The notes under the pieces were generated by a model. That model ran no database searches. It saw only the letters and a program-made list of their open reading frames with translations, and had not been told where the DNA came from. From IMG/VR virus record IMGVR_UViG_3300029305_004466: a stretch of DNA of 64,000 bases. One strand, 5' to 3'. Below, piece after piece: positions 9,436-19,635 of this stretch. The stretch comes from a virus (taxonomy: Duplodnaviria; Caudoviricetes). The position numbers and the translations under genes are program-made. Each line of letters starts with the position of its first letter. The stretch's first letter is position 1.

Positions 9436-11217
9436 ATGTTAACTGTAACACAATCTCAAGATGGGCAGTATTTATATATTAAGGCTCATTACTTTTATTC
9501 TGCTAGAATAAGAAATTTACCTTCTGCCACTTGGGACCCAAATAACAAGATATGGCAAATAAATTCATGTTATGCTCAGTACTTAGATAATGAGTTCCAT
9601 GATGAAATTTATTACAAGACTCCAAAATGGGTAATCTTTAAAACTCCAAAACCAGATTACTCTAAATTATATACTCTCGATAATAATATAGTAGCACCGC
9701 AGTTGAAACAACCATACAAATTATATGATTATCAGGAGTTTGGAGCAAAATTTGCAATTGATAGAATTAAAAAACATGGTTTTTGTATCATAGCAGACGA
9801 TGTAGGATTAGGTAAAACTCCTCAGGCAATCTCTGTACTTATGGACAAAGTTAATAGCGGTGCAAATAGAATTCTTATTATTTGTAAAAAGTCCATTAAA
9901 GCACAATGGAAAGAAGAAATCGAAAAATTTACCGATATCGGTTTGACATACGATATTCAGGTTACTGGAGATACCGCTAAAAAACGCCAGAAGGCTTATA
10001 CAGAGATTAAAAATTGTACACATGGAATTCTTATCACTAATTATCAAACCTTCCTAAATGACGAATTTAAGATTGATAATTTAGGTTTTGATTTCGTGAT
10101 TATTGATGAAGCACATGTAGTTAGTGGTTATAACACAAAAACTAACTCTGCAATCAGTAGAGTTGTAATGAATAAGCCTTGTTTATTCTTAACAGGAACT
10201 CCAGTAATGAATAAACCAGAACAGGTATATGGAATTGTAAACATTGCAAATCCATTTTACTTTGGCTCTTGGAAGGCTTTCAAATTAGAGTTTATTGTTG
10301 AGCAACTTCAGGGTAATTACATGGCTACAATCGGAGCTAAGAATTTATCTAAGCTTAGAAGTATGATTCAGGAAGTCATTATAAGACGTACAGAATATGA
10401 AGTAGCTGTGTCTTTGCCAAAAACAATTGAAATAAATGTTAACTGTCCTTTGGATGGCGTACAAACACAACTTATCTTTGAAATAAATAAAAAGAGAGAA
10501 GAATTGTTAGGACAGTTTGAAACATTAGCAGCACAATATAAAGTAAACCCTAATCAGTTCTTACAGGAAAAGATGCAACAGACTGATGCTCAGATTAAAG
10601 GATTAATCGCTGCTACGCAAGCAACAGCAGATGACCCTAGAATGTTTAGTATGTCTTCTTCTAATTACCTTAAAAAGAACTTCCTGCAATTTATCCCAGA
10701 TAACTATAAAGAATCATCAAAAATTGAAAGACTTGTGGATACTGTGGATAACATTGTGGATAGTGGTCATAAAGTAATCATATTCACTAAGTTCCGAACA
10801 TCTGCATTATTGATACAGGAACAGTTGCAGAAGGATTTAAAGATTAATTGCGTTTTATATACTGGTCAGGAAAATGATAATGTAAGAACACAAAATCTGA
10901 ATTCCTTTAAATATGATGATGATTATCCTGTACTGATAGGAACGGAAGCTATGGCTGAAGGTCTTAATATTACTCAGGCAAGATATGTTATTAATTTTAA
11001 TCTTCCAGATACAGCAGCTATTTATGTACAGCGTATCGGAAGAGTAAGGCGTGTATCAAGTACCTTTAGCAATGTTACAGTCTATAATTTATTAACAGAA
11101 GGTTCTAAAGATATGGAACGCTGGGATAATATAGAACGTAACAAAAACCTTGAAGGAGCATTAATTGACATTGATGAGGAACAGCGTAAGGTTTTGCTTC
11201 AACAAATGAATAATTAG
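9436..11217 (+). CDS. SNF2-family (SF2) helicase
   Basis: ADDVGLGKT, DEAH, LTGTP, EGLN, QRIGRVRR; start moved to ATG 9436 (AAAGGA RBS) because GTG 9391 lies inside the hairpin. Confidence 0.93.
   Translation: MLTVTQSQDGQYLYIKAHYFYSARIRNLPSATWDPNNKIWQINSCYAQYLDNEFHDEIYYKTPKWVIFKTPKPDYSKLYTLDNNIVAPQLKQPYKLYDYQEFGAKFAIDRIKKHGFCIIADDVGLGKTPQAISVLMDKVNSGANRILIICKKSIKAQWKEEIEKFTDIGLTYDIQVTGDTAKKRQKAYTEIKNCTHGILITNYQTFLNDEFKIDNLGFDFVIIDEAHVVSGYNTKTNSAISRVVMNKPCLFLTGTPVMNKPEQVYGIVNIANPFYFGSWKAFKLEFIVEQLQGNYMATIGAKNLSKLRSMIQEVIIRRTEYEVAVSLPKTIEINVNCPLDGVQTQLIFEINKKREELLGQFETLAAQYKVNPNQFLQEKMQQTDAQIKGLIAATQATADDPRMFSMSSSNYLKKNFLQFIPDNYKESSKIERLVDTVDNIVDSGHKVIIFTKFRTSALLIQEQLQKDLKINCVLYTGQENDNVRTQNLNSFKYDDDYPVLIGTEAMAEGLNITQARYVINFNLPDTAAIYVQRIGRVRRVSSTFSNVTVYNLLTEGSKDMERWDNIERNKNLEGALIDIDEEQRKVLLQQMNN
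10734..10763. promoter_or_regulatory. Three tandem DnaA-box-like 9-mers inside the SNF2 gene
   Basis: TGTGGATAC, TGTGGATAA (perfect reverse complement of TTATCCACA), TGTGGATAG. Confidence 0.45.
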
Positions 11218-11225
11218 GAGGTATT

Positions 11226-11615
11226 ATGAGAAGAGAAACTATGTCATTTAAAAGAAGAAGAAAAACAATGACAATAATGTATATTGCGTATATATTGTTA
11301 TTGGTAATAATGGGCGTAGGTATTAGCTCAGTAATAACCTTTAATGACCATGAATATACAGTCACTATCACAGATAAGGATAGAGTCATTACCAGTGACT
11401 CTTCCAAATATCTTGTGTATACAGAAGACATACATGGTAATACCATGGTGTTTGAAAATACAGACTGTGCTATGAGATTGAAATTTAATAGTTCCAATAT
11501 TCAAGGTCAATTAAAGGTTGGTCATACATATAAAGTAACAGTAATAGGTTATAGAGTACCTTTCTTTAGTATGTATGAAAACATTTTAAAAATACAGGAG
11601 GTCAATAATGGATAA
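11226..11615 (+). CDS. Membrane-anchored hypothetical protein (DUF1523-like)
   Basis: N-terminal TM helix; VFENTD..KFNSS..G.RVPFFSMY. Confidence 0.7.
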   Translation: MRRETMSFKRRRKTMTIMYIAYILLLVIMGVGISSVITFNDHEYTVTITDKDRVITSDSSKYLVYTEDIHGNTMVFENTDCAMRLKFNSSNIQGQLKVGHTYKVTVIGYRVPFFSMYENILKIQEVNNG

Positions 11616-12030
11616 CACAAACAAAGAAATTGACTGGATGATTCATTATGTAAGTAATAAGTTTTGTGCTTGCTGTAATCCAGAGGAAAGCCCTATCAGT
11701 TTTCCGTTATTTGCAAATGTTCACACTCATGGTCTGAATAGATACGGACATCAAGAGTTATGTATTCCACTTGAATTAGATTTTGAAATAGCTTGTGGAA
11801 TCTTAAATCAGTGTGGATTAAAAATCAAATATGATGGCGTAAAATATGCACCGGGAAAATGTGATGATGTCATTAAAGATTTTCCGGTGCTTTTTCATGA
11901 ATTTCCAGATTCGGATAAGTTATACATGATTATGCCAGACCCTAATGGGAAATTCCCAGATGATGAAGACTGTGAATTCCCATATAATAAGCAGTTAATT
12001 TATGCTCAGATTATCGAAGAAGACAAATAA
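11608..12030 (+). CDS. Hypothetical protein (HTHGL..GHQEL motif, DUF4262-like)
   Basis: AGGAGG RBS; motif resemblance only. Confidence 0.7.
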   Translation: MDNTNKEIDWMIHYVSNKFCACCNPEESPISFPLFANVHTHGLNRYGHQELCIPLELDFEIACGILNQCGLKIKYDGVKYAPGKCDDVIKDFPVLFHEFPDSDKLYMIMPDPNGKFPDDEDCEFPYNKQLIYAQIIEEDK

Positions 12031-12050
12031 AGAAAGAAGAGGGAAAAATA

Positions 12051-12818
12051 ATGAGTAAGAAAAATACAAATAAGGCAATCGAAGTAGAAGTAATTGAAAC
12101 AGCTGTAGAAGAAACTGTTGTAGAAGAAACAACACAGGTAGCAACTTTAATGCCAGACGTTTTTAAGGATATTGATTTCTCAGGCTTAAATAAGACTATT
12201 ACAGCTCTTGGTAGTTCCAGTAAGCAGCTGGACGAAAAAGAAAAGAAGGCAGCTGTTGAAGCAATTAAGGTTTGGGAAGAAAGCGTTATCGAAAGAATTC
12301 AAGAAAAGAAATATGAGGCAACTCAGTTCCTGAATACTTTAAGTATTGAATCGAATACAATGTGCTCTTATGGCACACAGGACGAAGAATTCGAAACATT
12401 GGTTAATGCAGTGGGATTGCAGGCTCTTTATGAAGATTATTTGCATAAAGTAGACGCTATTGAAATGCACAAAACAGAATCTCCTGAATATCCTGAAATT
12501 GATGAGCTAAACATGACTTTAAAAGAACAGTTAACATTAAAGAAGGATTACGATTTAGCTAATGCTATTTATTGCAAAGAACATGAAAAGCTTAAAAGAG
12601 ATGCTTACAATGCTATGCGTAAATTAAAGGTAGACCTCAACGCAGATGAAAGAGTTCAGGAATTAGTTAAGCGATTAAAGAAATACGAAAAAAATACTTC
12701 CACTTTTATTAACCAGTGTAAAGAAAAATCTCAGCTGGCAAAGATTAGCGTATCCATTACATCTGAAAGCGTTAGAGATTCTCTGAAGGAGTTATTGAAC
12801 TTTTCTATTTCTATTTAA
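12051..12818 (+). CDS. Coiled-coil hypothetical protein
   Basis: E/K-rich helical sequence. Confidence 0.8.
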   Translation: MSKKNTNKAIEVEVIETAVEETVVEETTQVATLMPDVFKDIDFSGLNKTITALGSSSKQLDEKEKKAAVEAIKVWEESVIERIQEKKYEATQFLNTLSIESNTMCSYGTQDEEFETLVNAVGLQALYEDYLHKVDAIEMHKTESPEYPEIDELNMTLKEQLTLKKDYDLANAIYCKEHEKLKRDAYNAMRKLKVDLNADERVQELVKRLKKYEKNTSTFINQCKEKSQLAKISVSITSESVRDSLKELLNFSISI

Positions 12819-12838
12819 GGTTAAGATAGGAGTTACAA

Positions 12839-13789
12839 ATGAACAATGATAATAGATTACATTACTTTCTTTCCAAACCTGAACAAGAATATTATTGTTT
12901 ATATTATTCTATATTAAGACTGGAAAAAGTTAATGGTTGTGAAGAAATTGTATCTGAATTAACAAAAAAGCTTGAAGAATTATTTGCCAATGTTCCAGAA
13001 CATGAATGTGTAAAGGAACTTGATAACTTGATTTATTATGAAAATGGTTTAATTGAAAGAAGGGGAGACTACGGAGGTGTTATAGCCTCCCCTTGGAAAT
13101 CTACTGTTGTAATAAAAGAGCCAACAGCAAAAAAGCAAAAGCCAAAGAAACATTCGTTTTATTATTTAAAGTACCAGCTAAAAAGAGGTCAGCGTTATAG
13201 TCGTTATTATGATACAGTCAGATTGGGTATATCCTTATTTTATCAGATGCGTTTATATAACAAATCAAGTATAGCATATAGTAAGCTTAAAATTGATTTC
13301 GTAAGTTTCCTCAAAAAGGCTGAAGCTTTTACAATGCTTTCAAAAGAAGAAAGAATGTTAACTGGAATTTATTTTCCGTTAGAAAGCATGTACAAGATAT
13401 TCCACGAATTAAAAGAATTTTTAGGTGAAGGTAATTATTTTTCAGATGCTCAATGTGAAGACATAATGCTGATATATGATACCTTTCCAGATAAAGATAT
13501 CGCAGAAAGTTGGCGAAGCAATGAACTCACTGAAAATTGTGATAAGTATTTGAGAAATAGTACCTTATACAACATTGGTAAAGATTTTAATAAAGTAAAT
13601 AAGTACATTAACAACCTTAATAAAACTGATGACTTATTTTATGAAAAAATCATTAATTGTTCTGTAGAAGTATACAAAGAATTGTATAACATAAAGGAAA
13701 CAAACATGAGAACATTGTTGTTAAAGCTTGGAATAATCGAAGAAGGTTATATACCATTTGATAATTCATCAGAAAAAGCAAGTGAATAA
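12839..13789 (+). CDS. Hypothetical protein
   Basis: AGGAG RBS, 316 aa. Confidence 0.8.
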   Translation: MNNDNRLHYFLSKPEQEYYCLYYSILRLEKVNGCEEIVSELTKKLEELFANVPEHECVKELDNLIYYENGLIERRGDYGGVIASPWKSTVVIKEPTAKKQKPKKHSFYYLKYQLKRGQRYSRYYDTVRLGISLFYQMRLYNKSSIAYSKLKIDFVSFLKKAEAFTMLSKEERMLTGIYFPLESMYKIFHELKEFLGEGNYFSDAQCEDIMLIYDTFPDKDIAESWRSNELTENCDKYLRNSTLYNIGKDFNKVNKYINNLNKTDDLFYEKIINCSVEVYKELYNIKETNMRTLLLKLGIIEEGYIPFDNSSEKASE

Positions 13790-13810
13790 ACGCTTGCTGT
13801 AAAAAATATT

Positions 13811-13826
13811 AAACCCATTCGGGTTT
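13811..13826. promoter_or_regulatory. Recurrent mini-hairpin AAACCC-ATTC-GGGTTT (variant copy)
   Basis: Intergenic, heads the AAA/vWA cluster. Confidence 0.45.
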
Positions 13827-13855
13827 TTTATAGATTATTATAAGGAGGTTTAGAA

Positions 13856-14632
13856 ATGGTAATACATGACATTGATTTCTCTTGTCCACATGATGAATTC
13901 ATGGACGGCTTGAGAGATTTCTTAAACAACTGGGGAAATAACAATATGAAAGCTACTTCAGTTGAGAATGCCACAAAGAACGGTAGATATATGTATAAGA
14001 TTGAAGTCACCAATAATGATGACAACAATATTACCACAATGGTATTTGAAAAGAATGCCAATAATGGTGACATTATCTTCGTCCCAAGTGGATTTGGTAG
14101 TTTTGGTGGAACATTCCACAAGACAGAACATCTTCAGGATGATATAAAGGGTGGTGCAGATGATACGTCTATGGCATTTCTTGATTATCTTGAAAAGATA
14201 GCAAAGGAAAAGAAAGGTAAATTCGTTGCTAAGAACAACCATGGTGGTATTGTTTGTATTGTAAACGGTAATAGCAAAACCGCAAAGGAATGTGTAGTAG
14301 ACAGTAATGGCAGTGTTTACGGTTCCAAAGAAGTAAAGTCCGTTTCATTATTGGATGGCAGTGCATCCAGTCAGGTAAATTTTAACACCAAGATTGGTGA
14401 CTGGAACAAGCAAAGAAAGCTTGAAGACCCAGAATTCGCCAGAGTATTAGGCGATGCAAGTATGTCTATGACAGATAAAATGCATTATATCGGTAAGTAT
14501 GTAATGGAACTTAAGCTTAACGATGAAATCGAATCAGAAGAATTTAAGGATGTCTTTGTTCAGGCAGGTTTATTTACTTCTGGTTTCAGTAACAACAAAA
14601 CATTAAGCATGATGTACAAATTATTAAATTAG
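13856..14632 (+). CDS. Hypothetical protein, first gene of the AAA/vWA cluster
   Basis: AAGGAGG RBS. Confidence 0.8.
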   Translation: MVIHDIDFSCPHDEFMDGLRDFLNNWGNNNMKATSVENATKNGRYMYKIEVTNNDDNNITTMVFEKNANNGDIIFVPSGFGSFGGTFHKTEHLQDDIKGGADDTSMAFLDYLEKIAKEKKGKFVAKNNHGGIVCIVNGNSKTAKECVVDSNGSVYGSKEVKSVSLLDGSASSQVNFNTKIGDWNKQRKLEDPEFARVLGDASMSMTDKMHYIGKYVMELKLNDEIESEEFKDVFVQAGLFTSGFSNNKTLSMMYKLLN

Positions 14633-14642
14633 GAGGCTATTT

Positions 14643-15992
14643 ATGAGCGAAGCAGCTAACAACATTTTTGAAGGTTTTGAAGAATTATTCAATGATTTAG
14701 GTAATCCGGCAACATCTGCCGAGGCGGAACAGGGAGTAACAGCTCAGCCTGTCGCTGTTGCTAATAGCAGCGTTGAAATCGAAAACACAAATAATTCCAA
14801 TTTGGTTCCGGGAGCTCAGGCAAAGCTCACCATGATTAAGAGAGAATTAAATGATTTATTCATGGAAAGAGATAACGTTATTGACTGTATGTTATATGCC
14901 CTTGTTTCTGGTCAGTCTTTACTTATGCTTGGTAATCCGGGTACAGCTAAGAGTGCTATCACTTATGAAATGTGTAACCGTATTGAGAACGGCAAGTATT
15001 TCCAGTGGATGTTAAATAAGACTTCCGACCCATCTGAACTGTTAGGACCATATTCCATCAAGGAAATGGAAAACGATAAGTTCATGAGAATTACAACAGG
15101 TAAGCTTCCAGAAGCACACATCGCCTTTATTGATGAATGTTTTAAGGCGAATGCACCTGTATTAAACATTCTGTTACCAATCATGAATGAAAAGATTTTC
15201 TACAATGACGGTAAGCCAAACAACATTCCGTTAATGACTATGATTGGTGCTTCAAATGAAGGTCCAGAAGACGAATCCCTTGCAGCGTTCTATGATAGAT
15301 TCTTATTCAGAATCAATGTTCATTATGTAAAGGATGCCGCTAACAAGAAGCGTATGTACACAAACTACATCAACAATCGTAGAGGTCTTAACAATCTTGC
15401 AGGTAAGACAACTATTACTATTGATGAATTAAAGGCTCTTGCTGAAGCAAGTAAGCTTGTTCCTGTTCCAAAGGAAATCATCAATAAGTTCATCAAGTTC
15501 ATCAATGATTTGGAAAAGCAGTCCATTCATGTTTCCGACAGAAGACAGAATGAATGTCTTAAGATTTTACAGGCATCTGCTGTTGTACATGGTAGACAGC
15601 AGGTTGGTATTGATGATTTCAAGTCCTTAATCTATGTATTGTGGGACAAGGAAGAACAGATTCCGTTCATCGAAGCTACTATCACTAAGATGATTAATCC
15701 ATATGATGACCAGTTTAAGCAGTTTACAGACAGCTTTAACAGCATTAAGAAGGACATTGATAACTGCACAGACGAAAATGAAAAGTCTGCTAAGTCTCTT
15801 GAAGCAAAGGGTAGCATCGAAAAGCTTACTTCTAAGTTGAACAAGCTTATCAATGAAGCTTCTAAGAATGGTAAGGATATCACAGATTTCGCTAAGTTCA
15901 GAGACGAAATGGTAGCATATTCTAACAAGGTTGTTCAGGATGCTCTCGGTGCTTCTCTGGGTATCTCCAGTGATGGGAGCGACTTATTCTAA
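14643..15992 (+). CDS. MoxR/RavA-family AAA+ ATPase
   Basis: Walker A GNPGTAKS, ELLGP, Walker B AFIDECFKA, ILNILL, GASNE, YDRFLFR, SDRR. Confidence 0.92.
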   Translation: MSEAANNIFEGFEELFNDLGNPATSAEAEQGVTAQPVAVANSSVEIENTNNSNLVPGAQAKLTMIKRELNDLFMERDNVIDCMLYALVSGQSLLMLGNPGTAKSAITYEMCNRIENGKYFQWMLNKTSDPSELLGPYSIKEMENDKFMRITTGKLPEAHIAFIDECFKANAPVLNILLPIMNEKIFYNDGKPNNIPLMTMIGASNEGPEDESLAAFYDRFLFRINVHYVKDAANKKRMYTNYINNRRGLNNLAGKTTITIDELKALAEASKLVPVPKEIINKFIKFINDLEKQSIHVSDRRQNECLKILQASAVVHGRQQVGIDDFKSLIYVLWDKEEQIPFIEATITKMINPYDDQFKQFTDSFNSIKKDIDNCTDENEKSAKSLEAKGSIEKLTSKLNKLINEASKNGKDITDFAKFRDEMVAYSNKVVQDALGASLGISSDGSDLF

Positions 15993-16107
15993 TACGTACA
16001 AGTATAAGATTAAATATTCTTTAGACGAATTAAAAGTAGCTTTCCAAAAAATAGATAGTGCGATAGGGGCGTTAGACCCTAATGACCCCTATTTCACTGC
16101 AATATAG
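15973..16107 (+). CDS. Possible 44-aa ORF overlapping a stem-loop
   Basis: MGATYSNTYKYKIKYSLDELK...; fills the gap between the AAA and vWA genes; no clear RBS. Confidence 0.35.
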   Translation: MGATYSNTYKYKIKYSLDELKVAFQKIDSAIGALDPNDPYFTAI

Positions 16108-16122
16108 AAAAGGAGATAAACC

Positions 16123-17982
16123 ATGGGTGATGATGAATTATTTGATGATGATTTGTTTGACGACTTAGAAGATTTGGAAGACGATTATGACGGGTCTGCA
16201 AGCACTGATTCATTACATCAGACTGGTACAAGTGCTTTAGCAAGTAAACACGGTCTGGGCGGTTTTGAAAACATGACTGAAAAAGACATGGAAGATTTCA
16301 AAAACTCAGATGAATTCCAGAAATACAGTGCTGAAGTTGTTGGAACAGAACAGATTAAAGGCAATATGCAGGGTAAAACCGTACAGGAAATCTTAGGTCT
16401 TACCAGTATGAAACAGGCTATTAAACAGTCCTTTAATGCCTTTGAACATTATGATATCGACTTGGAATTCTTTCAAGATATCGTAGATACTTCACCAGTA
16501 ATGCAACAAACTATCGAAGAAGGTAATGAAATTTTACCTACATTCGAATATATGTATCAGGATATTTTCTTATCTTTGTATAAGTATAAAGCAAAACTGT
16601 TGCCAGAACACGAAATGCACATGTCTACAAGACTTAACAGAAAGTTCGCTGAGTGTTATCTGAATACACCAGAGTACATTAAATTAAGACAGACATGTAG
16701 ACTTGACCAGTTTAATGCTGCTCTTGGTACAGAAATTATTGGTAAGAAGCTTCTTAGTGTTGTAAGAGATGTAGTAAACAACATGAAAGAAGCAGAAGAA
16801 GCAAGACAGAAAATGCTTGAACTTATGAAGAAAGAACAGGAAATGGACGAACTCATTGAAGAAAATGAGGAAATGGATGAAATGTTACAGACATTACAGG
16901 CTAATGGCATGGGTAACAGTCAGCAGGCACAGCAGTTGCAGGCTCAGATGAACAGCAATATGGCAGCTAAACAGGCAATCCAGAAGATGGCTAATAAGAT
17001 TGCTGAAGAAATGGATGAACTTGTTCAGGAAGACGACCTTGCAAATGAGATTCATCAGAGAACAGGTAAGACATTTGATGAAGCATCTATGCAGGTTGCT
17101 GAAACATCTGATATGGTTGAAGCATGGGGTCTTGGCGAAGGAGAAAGATGTCGTGTATCTTATCAGAATAAGAAAGATGCTATCGAAAGAATTCGTAGGT
17201 CTTCTAAACTTAGAAAACTTACAGACCTTATTGGTAGATTTAAAGAATCCGCTATTACAGAGCAGAAAAAGAAAACCAAAAATGGTGCAGTAGAAATTGA
17301 ATCTGTTACTCTCGGTAATAAGATTGAAGATGTTTTACCATCCGAAAAGATGTTACTGTCTAATGAGGCAACCAAGAAAGATTTCTATAACAAGTATACT
17401 GAAAACCGTAACATGGTATATTCTAAGGAATCCAATAAGTCCAAGAATAAGGGACCTATTATCATTTGTTGTGATGAATCTGGTTCCATGGACGGTGACA
17501 GAGAAACATGGTCAAAGGCGTTTACCATGGGTGTACTTGAAATTGCTCAGATACAGAAAAGAGATTTCGCATTTATTGCTTATGACAGCAGAGCAAATGA
17601 CCCTATTATTATTAAGAAGGGTGAAGTATCTCCAGACAAGGTAATCACTATTTGTGAAGAATTCTTGGATGGTGGTACAAACTTTGAAGCTCCATTAAGA
17701 AAAGCATTGGAGCTCATTAAGAACTCTATATTTAAGAATGCAGATATTTTCTTCGTAACCGATGGTGATTGTGGCGTTTCTGATGGTTTTAAGAAAGAGT
17801 TCAAGAAGATAAAAGAAGAAAAAGAGTTTACATGTAAGGGAATTCTTGTAGACATGGGTGGTTATCGTTCTAGCGATTCCACATTGAGAGAGTTCTGCGA
17901 TGATGTTGTAAGAATCAGTAGCGTTGCAGACTTAAAGAATGGTGACTCTGAGGTTAATAAACAGTTATTCGGTTCCATCTAA
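16123..17982 (+). CDS. vWA-domain protein (ViaA/CoxE-like partner of the MoxR ATPase)
   Basis: MIDAS DESGSM, GGTNF, VTDG; central coiled coil; acidic N-terminus. Confidence 0.92.
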   Translation: MGDDELFDDDLFDDLEDLEDDYDGSASTDSLHQTGTSALASKHGLGGFENMTEKDMEDFKNSDEFQKYSAEVVGTEQIKGNMQGKTVQEILGLTSMKQAIKQSFNAFEHYDIDLEFFQDIVDTSPVMQQTIEEGNEILPTFEYMYQDIFLSLYKYKAKLLPEHEMHMSTRLNRKFAECYLNTPEYIKLRQTCRLDQFNAALGTEIIGKKLLSVVRDVVNNMKEAEEARQKMLELMKKEQEMDELIEENEEMDEMLQTLQANGMGNSQQAQQLQAQMNSNMAAKQAIQKMANKIAEEMDELVQEDDLANEIHQRTGKTFDEASMQVAETSDMVEAWGLGEGERCRVSYQNKKDAIERIRRSSKLRKLTDLIGRFKESAITEQKKKTKNGAVEIESVTLGNKIEDVLPSEKMLLSNEATKKDFYNKYTENRNMVYSKESNKSKNKGPIIICCDESGSMDGDRETWSKAFTMGVLEIAQIQKRDFAFIAYDSRANDPIIIKKGEVSPDKVITICEEFLDGGTNFEAPLRKALELIKNSIFKNADIFFVTDGDCGVSDGFKKEFKKIKEEKEFTCKGILVDMGGYRSSDSTLREFCDDVVRISSVADLKNGDSEVNKQLFGSI

Positions 17983-18000
17983 TGGAACCGAATGATTTTT
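17967..18000 (+). terminator. Terminator-like hairpin over the vWA stop codon
   Basis: ATTCGGTTCCAT-CTA-ATGGAACCGAAT, 12-bp stem, then GATTTTT. Confidence 0.65.
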
Positions 18001-18011
18001 AGGAGGTTAAT

Positions 18012-18629
18012 ATGGATTTCAAGAAAATTATTATGAGTGCAAAAGACTTCATTAAGGACTTTTGTACAAAAATCATGTCAGCAGATATGGTTGACTCTGC
18101 TAAGCAGGTATACTTTTTAGATAACCAGAAGCAGATTAGAGAAACAATGGAAAACCTTAACAGTGTTAAGACTTATTTCGATAACCTTGGTATCGAACTT
18201 GAAGATGGTTCTGAAGAACAGCAGGCTTATGAAATGTGCTGTGGTCTTATGCAGAAGCTTACAAAAACGCTTACTGACTATAAGAACAGTCAGTCGGCTA
18301 TTAAAAATGATGTAACTGTAGAAGAAACAACTGCTGTTGTAACAGAAGAAACAATCGCTAATGCGGCTCAGAATAACTCTTCCACAAAGCAGATTATTAA
18401 GGATATGAACGAATTAAACGAAAAGGCAAGCGTTGCTCAATTGCAGGAATTCACTCATGCGATTTTTGCTGGAAAAAAACCGGGGGTGTACGTAAAAGCA
18501 ACAACGGTTCAGGAGTTAAATGCGTTCATAAACACAGTCGCAGAAGAAAATCCAAACGAAAAAATCACCGTATGTGAAGTAATCTTCAATCCGATTCCGT
18601 TAAAACGTAAGACCGTTTATACGGTATAA
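18012..18629 (+). CDS. Hypothetical protein
   Basis: AGGAGG RBS. Confidence 0.8.
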   Translation: MDFKKIIMSAKDFIKDFCTKIMSADMVDSAKQVYFLDNQKQIRETMENLNSVKTYFDNLGIELEDGSEEQQAYEMCCGLMQKLTKTLTDYKNSQSAIKNDVTVEETTAVVTEETIANAAQNNSSTKQIIKDMNELNEKASVAQLQEFTHAIFAGKKPGVYVKATTVQELNAFINTVAEENPNEKITVCEVIFNPIPLKRKTVYTV

Positions 18630-18651
18630 AAATCATAAAGGAGGAATATAT

Positions 18652-19635
18652 ATGGCAGGAGCTATTTGCCAAACTAATAAAGATATTCCTGTAGATATGA
18701 CTTTAGGTAATCTTTTATATTACTCTTTATCTGATGTTAAAATCAAAGAACAGGAGCTAATGGATTTATTCTCTATGAATAAAATCCCTACAAGTTATAT
18801 CAGAAAAATATCTACTCCAGATGCTTTTAGAAGAGCAAGTTCAAGCGTTAAGAACACAACAATATTTATCACAGATTCTACCACTGGTGAAACTTTAAAG
18901 ACAAAGATAGAAGTAGATGAAGTGAAATCAGATGACATTGGCATTAAACGTATCATCGGAATTAAGGCTATCAATGAAAAGAATGAGGATATTTCTTATA
19001 TTCCAGTTGCCAGTGTTGAATTCTTTAGAAAGAATGAAACCGTAGCAACTTATGTAGAGCCAGCATACGCTTCCAATCAGGATATTTGCGATTTATGTGA
19101 TGAAATCGAAAACAAATATGCTGAATGGTCAGTGTATCATACAAAAGATACGGTAAGAAATACTATCTTGAGAATTATTAACGATACTCATCCCGTATCA
19201 TTAACACCAACAGGATTATGTAAATTCGTTCCTAGAAGTCATACAGATTTATTGTATTCTTTAAAAGAAGCATTAGCAGATATGGAGAACTTCTGTCAGA
19301 ATCCGGGAGAACATAATTTCATGGAAATTATCCCTGTAATCAATACAGAAGAACAGCAGAATCTTATCATGGATGCTTCAAAAAGAGAAATTAAAGAAGA
19401 GCTGTTTGGTTTTACGCAGGAACTGAAAGATGTATTACAAGCAAGACAGACACTCTCCTCAAGAACTGTTTCTTCTTATCTTGAGAGATTTAAGGCTTTA
19501 TCTGAAAAGGTAAGCGATTATGAAAGCTTGCTTGGTAATTATTTAAGCTTCCTTAAAGTACAGATTACAGATGCTGTAAAGTTAGTTAATGACAGCTCAG
19601 AAGATAACGTAGAGGAAGACCCTGTTTATGTATGA
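18652..19635 (+). CDS. DUF6744/DUF3150-like protein
   Basis: LGNLLYYSL..DAFRRASS..GLCKFVP pattern recalled from genes next to AAA/vWA pairs. Confidence 0.65.
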   Translation: MAGAICQTNKDIPVDMTLGNLLYYSLSDVKIKEQELMDLFSMNKIPTSYIRKISTPDAFRRASSSVKNTTIFITDSTTGETLKTKIEVDEVKSDDIGIKRIIGIKAINEKNEDISYIPVASVEFFRKNETVATYVEPAYASNQDICDLCDEIENKYAEWSVYHTKDTVRNTILRIINDTHPVSLTPTGLCKFVPRSHTDLLYSLKEALADMENFCQNPGEHNFMEIIPVINTEEQQNLIMDASKREIKEELFGFTQELKDVLQARQTLSSRTVSSYLERFKALSEKVSDYESLLGNYLSFLKVQITDAVKLVNDSSEDNVEEDPVYV

